A stretch of DNA of 64,000 bases, from the IMG/VR virus record IMGVR_UViG_3300033555_000005, positions 1,366-65,365 of that record; one strand, written 5' to 3'. A model generated the notes under the pieces. The model was given only the letters and a program-made list of their open reading frames with translations. It had not been told where the DNA came from and did no database searches. Position numbers and translations under genes: made by a program. Every line of letters begins with the position of its first letter. Position 1 is the first letter of the stretch. Shown here one piece after another: positions 54,603 to 62,252 of this stretch. The stretch is from a virus.

Positions 54603-55396
54603 CGGACGACGACCGCGCCTTCGCCACCCTGGTGCAGCAGCCAGTCGAGGTCGTCGAGCAGCACGTAGACCATGCCGCCGGGCCGGCCGAGGTCGGCGAC
54701 GCCGTAGTCCTCGCCCCAGCTCTGCTGGATGACGGCGACCTCCTTGGTGCCGGTCCACTCGCCGGGCATCCGCATCTTCAGCCGCACCGCAGGGCTGTAG
54801 ACGCAGTGGCCACCGGACTGCGCGCTCGCGCGGTCGACCTCCACCAGACCGCTGGGGTGGGGGCTGAACATGCTCTCGAGCCACGGCAAGCCGTAGACGA
54901 CCCCGCCGACTGCCCTGTTGCCCCGCACGACGTCGCCGATGGCGTCGCCGCTGCCGGCCCCGACCCACCAGAAGCTGCTCCACCAGCCGTGGTCGCGGCC
55001 GTAGACCATCCCGCTGTGCACCGAGGTGCCGCCGTAGTCCGGGCCGGCCTCACGAGGGCACTGGCTGCCCCAGTCGCAGCCGGGCCAGGGGTCGAGGTGC
55101 TGCACGTCGTGGTAGGCCAGCGCCATCGCCTGCTGGTCGGTGTGCGCCGGCTTCAGGCGCTTCGGGGCGCTGTTCCGGCGGTGCGTCATGCCGTAGAGCA
55201 CGCACTGGCCCTCGAGGCCCTGGTCCATGCCAGGTCCCGGCTTCCAGCTGCGAGTGGCCCGCGGCGCGTTCTGGGGCACCTCCGTCATCAGGCGCTCGAC
55301 GGTGTACGCCCGGTTCGACTCCGGGAAGTAGGGGACTCGGTCGAGCCGCGGGTCCAACGCGACGAGGCCGTTCTTCAGCTGGCGCGGCTCGGTCAT
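54599..55396 (-). CDS. papain-like cysteine peptidase (C1-type)
   Basis: DQGLEGQC (oxyanion Gln, catalytic Cys), GGHC (His), QQSWG (NSWG-equivalent), GGTS. Confidence 0.85.
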   Translation of the reverse strand: MTEPRQLKNGLVALDPRLDRVPYFPESNRAYTVERLMTEVPQNAPRATRSWKPGPGMDQGLEGQCVLYGMTHRRNSAPKRLKPAHTDQQAMALAYHDVQHLDPWPGCDWGSQCPREAGPDYGGTSVHSGMVYGRDHGWWSSFWWVGAGSGDAIGDVVRGNRAVGGVVYGLPWLESMFSPHPSGLVEVDRASAQSGGHCVYSPAVRLKMRMPGEWTGTKEVAVIQQSWGEDYGVADLGRPGGMVYVLLDDLDWLLHQGGEGAVVVR

Positions 55397-55413
55397 GCAG
55401 TCCTCCTGTGAAA

Positions 55414-55486
55414 GGCCAGCCGCCCCCGTCCCTGCGCCCGATCAGGGGCCACCCGAAAGCGGGAGCAGAGACGAGGGCCGCCGGCC
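55414..55486 (-). other. long RNA stem-loop (27-bp arms)
   Basis: 22/27 Watson-Crick; 3 of 5 mismatches become G-U pairs on the minus (sense) strand. Confidence 0.6.
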
Positions 55487-55498
55487 CGTGGTAGCGAG

Positions 55499-55915
55499 CT
55501 AGGAGTCGCTGAAGGCGACGGTGACGTTCAGGTCCGAGCCGGCGGTGGTCGTACCGACCGAGGTGACGCTCAGGTCGAACGTCGTGCCCTCGCCGAAGCG
55601 GATGAGGGCGCTCTCGGTCGGACCCGTGATCGGGTTCGGCTGAGGGTTCGGGTTGGCCAGCGTCGCCACCGGGTTGTTGATGTTCGCGATGAGGTCGACG
55701 TTCACCTCCGTGGTGCCGGCAGCGATGGTGCAGGTGGCGAGGACGACGCCCTCCTTGCGAACATCGAAGACGAGGTTGCCGCCGACCGGGGCCGTACCGA
55801 CGACGGCCGAGATGTTCGTGACGCTGCCAGAGAAGGCGGCGTTGAAGCGGTCACGCACGCCCGCGGCGATGACGCCGGGGGCCTCGAGGACGAACGTGCT
55901 GCGGTTGTCAGCCAT
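55499..55915 (-). CDS. putative virion structural/decoration protein
   Basis: beta-rich SGSVTNISAVVGTAPVGGNLVFDVRK...GSDLNVTV. Confidence 0.7.
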   Translation of the reverse strand: MADNRSTFVLEAPGVIAAGVRDRFNAAFSGSVTNISAVVGTAPVGGNLVFDVRKEGVVLATCTIAAGTTEVNVDLIANINNPVATLANPNPQPNPITGPTESALIRFGEGTTFDLSVTSVGTTTAGSDLNVTVAFSDS

Positions 55916-55970
55916 GGTGCTGTGTCTCCTTGAGAGGTAGGGGTGGTGCAGGGCCATGCGGGACGTGCGA

Positions 55971-56252
55971 CTAGCGAAGAGGCTTGAGCTTGCCCTTGGC
56001 GCGGAGCTTGTCCCCACGCTTCGTGACGACGTCCTGGCCGGACATCTTGCTGGCCGCGCGCTCGGCGACCGTCTTGCTGGGCTTCTGCGCGTCGACGATC
56101 TTGTCGAAGCGCTCGCGGGCGGTCGGCACCGGAGCAGCGGCGCTCCACGACTTCGGCGCAGGAGGCGTCGAGCCCATGCCGGACTGAGACATGCCGGTGC
56201 GGCTGTCCGTGTACACGCCGGGCGGCGTGCGCTTGTCGTTCCAGAGCGACAC
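55971..56252 (-). CDS. basic hypothetical protein (93 aa)
   Basis: K/R-rich C-terminus KRGDKLRAKGKLKPLR. Confidence 0.6.
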   Translation of the reverse strand: MSLWNDKRTPPGVYTDSRTGMSQSGMGSTPPAPKSWSAAAPVPTARERFDKIVDAQKPSKTVAERAASKMSGQDVVTKRGDKLRAKGKLKPLR

Positions 56253-56256
56253 GACG

Positions 56257-56655
56257 TCAGTCCGTGACGACAGCGGCGTTGAGCGTCTCGTAACGCCCGC
56301 CGGCGCGCTGCTCCTGGACGTACTCGATGACGTTGCCCTCGCCCGCGCCGCCGGCGAACGAGCCGAGGTACATCGGGCTGTCGACCCAGGCGGCCGAGCC
56401 GACGTGCGCCCGCTCGCGGTAGACCTCGTCGGCGTGCTTGTACGTGGTGTCGCTGTTCACGGCGTTGGGGTGACCGGGGGCGCTGATGCCGCCCTCGGCC
56501 ATGCCGCGCTGGAAGTCGTTCGGCACGTCGGTGTCGGTCGCGAGGCCCTCCTCGAAGCGGAGAGGGCCGCGCAGGCCGGGCGCGCCGGGAGCCATCTTGC
56601 GCTCGTAGACGGCCCCGACGTGCTCGGGGAACTGGGGTGCGGGGGCGATGCCCAT
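56257..56655 (-). CDS. conserved hypothetical protein downstream of terminase
   Basis: GAGGAG RBS; LRFEEGLATDTDVPNDF, RAHVGSAAWVD. Confidence 0.75.
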   Translation of the reverse strand: MGIAPAPQFPEHVGAVYERKMAPGAPGLRGPLRFEEGLATDTDVPNDFQRGMAEGGISAPGHPNAVNSDTTYKHADEVYRERAHVGSAAWVDSPMYLGSFAGGAGEGNVIEYVQEQRAGGRYETLNAAVVTD

Positions 56656-56714
56656 GTGGGTGCTCCTCGGTCGGGGCGATCTGATGTCCCGGCGAGCGTA
56701 GGTCTGCACGAGGG

Positions 56715-58301
56715 CTACCGGCCGTAGAAGGGGTTCACGCTCTCCTGCGCGGTCGGCATCGTCACTGCCTTGGTCATGTACACGGCGAGGGCCAGACTGT
56801 CCGCGTAGTCGTCGTGGGCCTCGGCAGCGTTCGGGGCGGCCGCGAGCAGGTACTTGCCCTGGTAGGTCTTCTCGAGGTCGGTCATCTGCTGGATGAAGCG
56901 CTGGTAGCTCTTCTTCCTGCGCACCCGCGCGCCGGCCGGCCAGCCGAGCAGGCCCTGGTTCATGACCTCCATGAGGTGCTTCCACCGCGCGCTCTGGTCG
57001 ACGCTGTTGCTGGCGAGAGCTTCAACCTGCGCGCCGGGCATCAGGCGCTGCAGACGATCCGCGACGACGTCGCCGACGCCCTGCCCGTCGACGGCGACCG
57101 CCATCACGCTGTAGTGCTGCGCGAAGTCGATGATCCGCGCGTACTGCTCCTCCCACCGGTCGCCGTGCATCTCCATCCAGTTCAAGACGCGGTGGTCGTA
57201 GTAGCCGAACTCGTTCGGGTTGGCCCAGTCCACCCACAGCGCCGTCACGACGGTGCTGTCCTGCTTCCTCGCAGGGTCGATGCCGAGGATGATGGGCGAG
57301 TCGTACCAGCGGTCGACGAGGGCCTGCATGCTGGTGTCACCCAGCTCCTCCAGCCTCTCGGCGGTGGTGAACATGCCTCGCTCGAGCAGCCACTTCAGCG
57401 CGTAGCTGAGCTGGAACTCGTCACTGTCCTCGCCGATGCGCTGCATGGTCTTGCGGACGTGCTTGAGGTAGCGCGGGTTCGCCTTCGCGCACGAGCGCCA
57501 GTCGTGCTGGAAGTGGTTCTGCCGTGCGCCCCGCTTCGTCGACATCCGCTTGTTCAGCTGGATCGTGTTGTAGAAGACGCCCTTGTGCGTGAACGGCGTG
57601 CCGGTCATGACCATGGTGGCGTTGTAGAACGCGCCCATCGGGGTGATGCTCTGGTTGACGACCTTGTCCTCGGCGCGCTGCGCCTCGTCGATGACGATGA
57701 GGTGGTAGGACTTCGACTCGATCTGCGCCTTCGGGTTCGCAGTCTGCATGCGGCAGATGGAGCCACTGACCTTCAACCGCAGCAGCTTCCCGCCACCCTC
57801 GAGCTTGTCGTCGATCTCGGGGTCCGCGAGCAGCTCCTTGGCCGCCTCGGACGACAGCACGAGGTTGATGCGCTGGAACAGCGTCTCAGCCTGGGACTCG
57901 ACCGGAGCGAAAGTACCTACCCAGAAGCCGTTCTTGAAGACGCCGAACCAGTCAGGCCACATGCTCGCGAGCTTCGGTAGCAGGATCATGCAGCTCGCGA
58001 CGACGTACGCGATGGTCTGCGTCTTGCCGCTCTGCCGGCTGAACAGCGCTGTGATGGCGTCGCCGTCGTTCAGCACGATGCTCTCGACGACGCGATAGGC
58101 GAACTCGCGCTGGTAGCTGAAGAGCGGATCGCCAGCAAGCTCGTCGGCGAACTGCAGGATGCGCTCGCAGATGTTGTGCACGAAGTCGGCGTCGTCTGAC
58201 GACAGAACGCGCTGCTCATCTTCCTGCATCGCACCGGTCAGTGCGTCAAGTTCGTCGTCCAGGTCCGAGTCGAGCCCCAGGTCTTTCACCGTTGTCGTCA
58301 C
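56715..58301 (-). CDS. terL: terminase large subunit
   Basis: FSRQSGKT Walker A, IVIDEAQ Walker B, TGTP, ILGIDPAR, AVDGQGVG, HDDYADSLAL. Confidence 0.95.
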   Translation of the reverse strand: MTTTVKDLGLDSDLDDELDALTGAMQEDEQRVLSSDDADFVHNICERILQFADELAGDPLFSYQREFAYRVVESIVLNDGDAITALFSRQSGKTQTIAYVVASCMILLPKLASMWPDWFGVFKNGFWVGTFAPVESQAETLFQRINLVLSSEAAKELLADPEIDDKLEGGGKLLRLKVSGSICRMQTANPKAQIESKSYHLIVIDEAQRAEDKVVNQSITPMGAFYNATMVMTGTPFTHKGVFYNTIQLNKRMSTKRGARQNHFQHDWRSCAKANPRYLKHVRKTMQRIGEDSDEFQLSYALKWLLERGMFTTAERLEELGDTSMQALVDRWYDSPIILGIDPARKQDSTVVTALWVDWANPNEFGYYDHRVLNWMEMHGDRWEEQYARIIDFAQHYSVMAVAVDGQGVGDVVADRLQRLMPGAQVEALASNSVDQSARWKHLMEVMNQGLLGWPAGARVRRKKSYQRFIQQMTDLEKTYQGKYLLAAAPNAAEAHDDYADSLALAVYMTKAVTMPTAQESVNPFYGR

Positions 58302-58316
58302 TTGCTGAAGGTACGG

Positions 58317-58352
58317 CGAAGGCCCGCCCCCACTGTGGGAGACGGGCCTTCG
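58317..58352 (-). terminator. stem-loop terminator
   Basis: CGAAGGCCCG/CGGGCCTTCG 10-bp perfect inverted repeat. Confidence 0.7.
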
Positions 58353-58366
58353 TGCCTTGGCTGCAG

Positions 58367-58711
58367 CTAGCGCCGGCGGTCGTTGAAGACGTTGGCAGTG
58401 CGTGCGGTCTGCATGATGGAGGACACGGCCTGCTCGACGCCGTACGTCTTCGCGTTCGGGTTCGCGCCCCGCTTGGCCGCTCCCTCGGTGTTCGCGTGCG
58501 GCCCGTGCTCGTGCGTGGTGTACCGGCCGCCGGGGTGCTCGACCGAGTAGTGGCCGACCGTGGCCCCCGACACCAGCTTGCCGTTGTCACCGCGAGAAGG
58601 CTCGCTGCTGTAGCTCACCTTGAACTCGTGGCCATTGGCCTGGACGACGGCGCTCTGGCCGCCCTTCAACTTGTGCAGCGCGGCGTGAAGACTCATGTCG
58701 CTCATCTTCAC
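58367..58711 (-). CDS. His-rich hypothetical protein
   Basis: GTGA coupling; THEHGPHA. Confidence 0.7.
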   Translation of the reverse strand: MKMSDMSLHAALHKLKGGQSAVVQANGHEFKVSYSSEPSRGDNGKLVSGATVGHYSVEHPGGRYTTHEHGPHANTEGAAKRGANPNAKTYGVEQAVSSIMQTARTANVFNDRRR

Positions 58712-58941
58712 AGGCCCTGACGCTCGTGGTCGTAGACCTCAGTCGTCTTGCCGTACAGGCGCTCGGTGCGAAGCAGCATCGCGTCGTTCTCGCGCATCGT
58801 GCGCTTGGCCTTCCGCACGCTGGCGTTGGGCTGTCGGAGGCGGTACACCGGGCTGCTCGCGCGCTCGATGCGCCACGCGGTCCAGCCGGCGGTCGCGATC
58901 ACTACCAGCACGACGTCGATTCCGTTGATGGTATCGAGCAT
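58708..58941 (-). CDS. small single-pass membrane protein (MLDTINGIDVVLVV...)
   Basis: TGATG coupling; hydrophobic N-terminus, basic C-terminus. Confidence 0.6.
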   Translation of the reverse strand: MLDTINGIDVVLVVIATAGWTAWRIERASSPVYRLRQPNASVRKAKRTMRENDAMLLRTERLYGKTTEVYDHERQGL

Positions 58942-59414
58942 CAGACGACCGCCGGCGCGATAGCCACGAGCTGGTAGCGCCAGTTGATGCATCCGCCGAT
59001 GTCGGGCAGCAGCTTCGGAAGTACGTCGTCGCCGTACACGAACTTTCCGATGCTGGCCGCCTTGGCGGGAAGGCTCGCCAGGGTCCTCGCGGCGACGTGC
59101 CGGGTCTCGAGCTGCGCCTTCTCGCCGCCGAAGGTCACGTACTTCCGCTCGCCCAGCTCGGGGTGGCCGAGGTCGTGGTTCTCGTAGACAGCCACGCCGT
59201 CTCCGCGGGAGTGCGCACGCGCGGCCAACGTGAGGACGCTCGTGACGTACTGCACCACGAGGTCTGAGTCAGCGCCGTCGATGTTGCGCTGCGCGTCAGC
59301 GGTCAAGTCGTCGGCCGTGTAGACCCGCACCTGCGCGGTGGTCATGTGCTCGAGCGCGCGATCCGCTCCCTGCACGGTGCTGGCGATTTCCAGCGCCTTC
59401 TCGATAGGGGTCAC
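58941..59414 (-). CDS. hypothetical protein (MTPIEKALE...)
   Basis: GTG after AGGAG; strong codon bias. Confidence 0.7.
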   Translation of the reverse strand: MTPIEKALEIASTVQGADRALEHMTTAQVRVYTADDLTADAQRNIDGADSDLVVQYVTSVLTLAARAHSRGDGVAVYENHDLGHPELGERKYVTFGGEKAQLETRHVAARTLASLPAKAASIGKFVYGDDVLPKLLPDIGGCINWRYQLVAIAPAVV

Positions 59415-59549
59415 TGCATGCTCCTGTCGTAGTGCTCCGGGTGGTGACCCCGGTGACGGTACAGCAACAGGGCTGTACATGCACGCGTCTCAACGGGGTA
59501 CGCTGTAGAAGTCAGTCGGAACATCTACCTGGAGCAGAAGGAGCACGTC

Positions 59550-59951
59550 ATGGGCGCACTCGGAGCACTTGGCATGGCAGAGCAGGTCAGCGAGGGCAAC
59601 CTCCAGCTCAACAGTGCAATCCGCTGGCACCTCGGCAGCAACCACTACCCGCCCGTCCCCGTCTTCATGGACGCCGTCGCGCTCGCCGCCATTGAAGCCG
59701 GCCAGGACGAGGACTGGGACAAGCTCATCAAGCTGCCGAAGGGCTGCACCACGCACCAGCTCGTGCACGACAACGGCGCGGAGCAGGACAGCACCTGCGC
59801 GCTCGAGCCGGCAGTCACCTGGAGCAACGGCAGCACGTCGGTGCGCGCCGGCGACGTCATCGAGTCGTTTCGACTCGACAGCTTCATCTTCTCCTTCAAC
59901 GACCCCACGGTGGTCTGCTGCGGTCGCGACGCTGCCGACTGTGACTGCTAG
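59550..59951 (+). CDS. early hypothetical protein
   Basis: CCTGGAGC/AAGGAG leader; IRWHLGSNHYPPVP. Confidence 0.8.
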   Translation: MGALGALGMAEQVSEGNLQLNSAIRWHLGSNHYPPVPVFMDAVALAAIEAGQDEDWDKLIKLPKGCTTHQLVHDNGAEQDSTCALEPAVTWSNGSTSVRAGDVIESFRLDSFIFSFNDPTVVCCGRDAADCDC

Positions 59952-60200
59952 GTGTACACCCCCGACGACAGTGACGGCCCTGCCATCAAGTGCCCTGGCC
60001 ACGGCCCTGACACCGCGTGCGAGGACTACCCGGACGGCGCGTGCACGGCATGCAACGAGAAGGCCGACGAGCTGAGCCCGCGGCCCAGCAACCACCGGAG
60101 AAACTCGGCACGAGACATCAACGCCGCCCTCATCCTCGGGGCCGGTCCGCGTGCCCGCCCGGTCCCGAAGTTCAACCCCTACCCGAACGGACCACGATGA
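59952..60200 (+). CDS. small Cys-containing hypothetical protein
   Basis: TAG-GTG abutting; CPGH...C...CTAC. Confidence 0.6.
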   Translation: MYTPDDSDGPAIKCPGHGPDTACEDYPDGACTACNEKADELSPRPSNHRRNSARDINAALILGAGPRARPVPKFNPYPNGPR

Positions 60201-60448
60201 GCGAGACGAACGACGACGACCTCAAGCAGAAGCAGGTGTTGGTTCTGCGCAAAGTGCTCGGCAAGACGGTCAAGGGCGACGACCTCGAGGTCCACATCTG
60301 CATGGCGACGCTGGACGGCGTCACCGTGCTCGACATCCGCGAGTACGTGCCGTCCCTGGGCGTCTACGGTCGCGGGACCACGCAGCTCTGGAACACCGAG
60401 ACGCTGCGCGTGATGCGCACAGCGTTCCGCAACGTGGACCCCCGCTGA
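60197..60448 (+). CDS. PC4/YdbC-like ssDNA-binding protein candidate
   Basis: ATGA coupling; DGVTVLDIREYV...YGRG. Confidence 0.6.
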   Translation: MSETNDDDLKQKQVLVLRKVLGKTVKGDDLEVHICMATLDGVTVLDIREYVPSLGVYGRGTTQLWNTETLRVMRTAFRNVDPR

Positions 60449-60556
60449 AGCGCCGGGTCGTCATCGCGGTGCGTGTCGTGCTGACCGTCGGCGCGCCACT
60501 GCTCTACCTCGCGGGCGCTGCCGTTGACCACGCAGCCAACCTCGTGCCGGTGCGTC

Positions 60557-60865
60557 GTGGGTAGCGCGGCGAAGCTGACGGTCGCAGCTGTGCCCGAGGG
60601 CACCCGCCAGGGACCGGTCGTGCTGCGCGAGCTGCGCTGCAAGGGCTGCCGGCGGCTGGTGGGCTACACGAGCCGGCCGCAGCCCGTACCGGTCCAGTGC
60701 ACGGATCCGTTCTGCGCCCTCGAGCCGCCGTCTTCGTCGACGAACGAGGAGCGCGACAGCTTCATGTGGCACCTGTTCGTGGCTGAGATGCGCTCGCCGG
60801 CTGATCTGGGGGAGCTGTTCGGCCTGAGCCGTCAGGGTGTGGCGCGCGTTCTCGCGTCACGCTGA
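60557..60865 (+). CDS. zinc-ribbon + HTH regulator
   Basis: ELRCKGCRRLVG...C....C; C-terminal PADLGELFGLSRQGVARVL. Confidence 0.7.
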   Translation: MGSAAKLTVAAVPEGTRQGPVVLRELRCKGCRRLVGYTSRPQPVPVQCTDPFCALEPPSSSTNEERDSFMWHLFVAEMRSPADLGELFGLSRQGVARVLASR

Positions 60866-60896
60866 CACTGCACGACCCGGACGCCGTCGCCGGCGG

Positions 60897-61139
60897 CTAC
60901 CGCGTTCGGGCGTGCAGCTCCTCGAGCACCTGCAGGAGCGCCGCAGCGCCCATTCTGGCCTCGTCAAGGCTCTCGGACTGCCCAGAGCGCGTCCAGTCCC
61001 CCAGCGCCCGCCCGATAGCCGGCACGGTGGCATCAGCCCAGTCGACGAGGCGGTCCGTGGACATCTTGGTGACCCGCTGCTCGAGCCGCTGTTCTGCCAG
61101 CTGGCCGGCGATCCGCCGGACGACGTCGAGAGCCTTCAC
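60897..61139 (-). CDS. hypothetical protein (80 aa)
   Basis: GTGA coupling; LDEARMGAAALLQVLEELH. Confidence 0.7.
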   Translation of the reverse strand: MKALDVVRRIAGQLAEQRLEQRVTKMSTDRLVDWADATVPAIGRALGDWTRSGQSESLDEARMGAAALLQVLEELHARTR

Positions 61140-61681
61140 AGGTGCGTGCTCCGGGCGTCCTCGAAGTCGATGACGAGGTCGCTGTCCGGCCCGCCGTCCC
61201 ACGGCACCAGCGACCAGCCCTGATCGGCCATCCAGCTCTCCTCCTGCGCTGCCACTGCCTTCTCGGGGGCGTCTGCGGCCGCCCAGGAGCGCATCCAGGC
61301 GACCAGGCGGTCCCACCAGGCGACGACGTCAACAGCGCGCGCCCAGTCGGCGATCTCGGTCGCCGTGATGCCGGGGATGTGCGCTCCCTCGACAGCCTCG
61401 AGCAGCTTCGCGGACTCGTCGTCGGCGAGCACGATGTCGCTGGCCGGCTCCCAGTAGCCCAGGACGAGCGCCCGGCGGGTCAGCGGCAGCCGGAAGACCC
61501 GGCCGTGCCCGCGGCGGTAGGGCTGCTCCAGCTCACGCGGCCGCGCGGTCTCGCTCAGCGGTGGCCGGCCGGACACCCGGCGGCCGGGGTAGCGCTGCAG
61601 GTGCCAGAACAGGCTCTCGCAGCTGACGATGAGCGGCCCCTTGGTGAAGACGAAGGGCTGGCTGTCGTGGGTCGTGGGAAT
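61136..61681 (-). CDS. hypothetical protein with probable ATT start (MPTTHDSQPF...)
   Basis: CCTGGAGCACCCC-ATT leader identical in form to leaders at 2371 and 3377; frame open. Confidence 0.6.
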   Translation of the reverse strand: MPTTHDSQPFVFTKGPLIVSCESLFWHLQRYPGRRVSGRPPLSETARPRELEQPYRRGHGRVFRLPLTRRALVLGYWEPASDIVLADDESAKLLEAVEGAHIPGITATEIADWARAVDVVAWWDRLVAWMRSWAAADAPEKAVAAQEESWMADQGWSLVPWDGGPDSDLVIDFEDARSTHL

Positions 61682-61712
61682 GGGGTGCTCCAGGTAGTGG
61701 TCCGGGGTGTGC

Positions 61713-61746
61713 CCGACGCCCCCAGCAGCAGAGCCAGGGGCGTCGG
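61713..61746 (-). terminator. stem-loop
   Basis: CCGACGCCCC/GGGGCGTCGG 10-bp perfect inverted repeat after 61763 stop. Confidence 0.6.
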
Positions 61747-61762
61747 CGTGCGAGATGACGGT

Positions 61763-61981
61763 CTAGCAGGCCAGCACGTAGACGACGAGCAGGATGACCG
61801 CCACGACGAGGGTGCCGAAGCGGCCGTTGCCCGTGACGTTGCCGCGGATGGAGTAGAAGCCCAGCACCTCAGCCAAGCCCAGGATGAAGGCGATGACCGT
61901 CGCGATGAGCAGGATGGTGCAGATGATCGGCGGGATGCCGGCGTTGGTGCTGGCCTGAGACAGGGTGTGCGCGAGCAACAT
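61763..61981 (-). CDS. small two-helix membrane protein
   Basis: IICTILLIATVIAFILG and GTLVVAVILLVVYVLAC. Confidence 0.7.
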   Translation of the reverse strand: MLLAHTLSQASTNAGIPPIICTILLIATVIAFILGLAEVLGFYSIRGNVTGNGRFGTLVVAVILLVVYVLAC

Positions 61982-61984
61982 GGT

Positions 61985-62122
61985 CTAGCCCTTCTTCTTG
62001 GAGGAAGTGGACTTCATGGGCTTGCCGGCGGCCTTCAGGTTGTCGTACGCGCCGACCTTCTTGCCGCGAGCTGCAGCGTTCTTCTTCGCAGCAGCCTTCT
62101 GCGCGGGGGTCAGAGACGCCAT
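61985..62122 (-). CDS. 45-aa Lys/Ala-rich basic peptide
   Basis: MASLTPAQKAAAKKNAAARGKKVGAYDNLKAAGKPMKSTSSKKKG; below ORF-track cutoff. Confidence 0.7.
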   Translation of the reverse strand: MASLTPAQKAAAKKNAAARGKKVGAYDNLKAAGKPMKSTSSKKKG

Positions 62123-62124
62123 GG

Positions 62125-62250
62125 CTACTTCGCCCTCGGAGCAGGCTTGCCGCTGGCCTTCGAGCCCTTGAGGTTGCTCTTGTCCTTCTTCACCTGCATC
62201 GCCTTCTCCTGCATCTTCGGGGGGAGCTTGCTGATCTTCTTGGGCGGCAT
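62125..62250 (-). CDS. 41-aa Lys-rich basic peptide
   Basis: MPPKKISKLPPKMQEKAMQVKKDKSNLKGSKASGKPAPRAK; AAG-dominated codons. Confidence 0.7.
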   Translation of the reverse strand: MPPKKISKLPPKMQEKAMQVKKDKSNLKGSKASGKPAPRAK

Positions 62251-62252
62251 GG

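Noticed and set aside
60445-60564. Small hydrophobic ORF KRRVVIAVRVVLTVGAPLLYLAG
   Set aside because: No canonical start with RBS found; too weak to call, though it may be a coupled micro-protein
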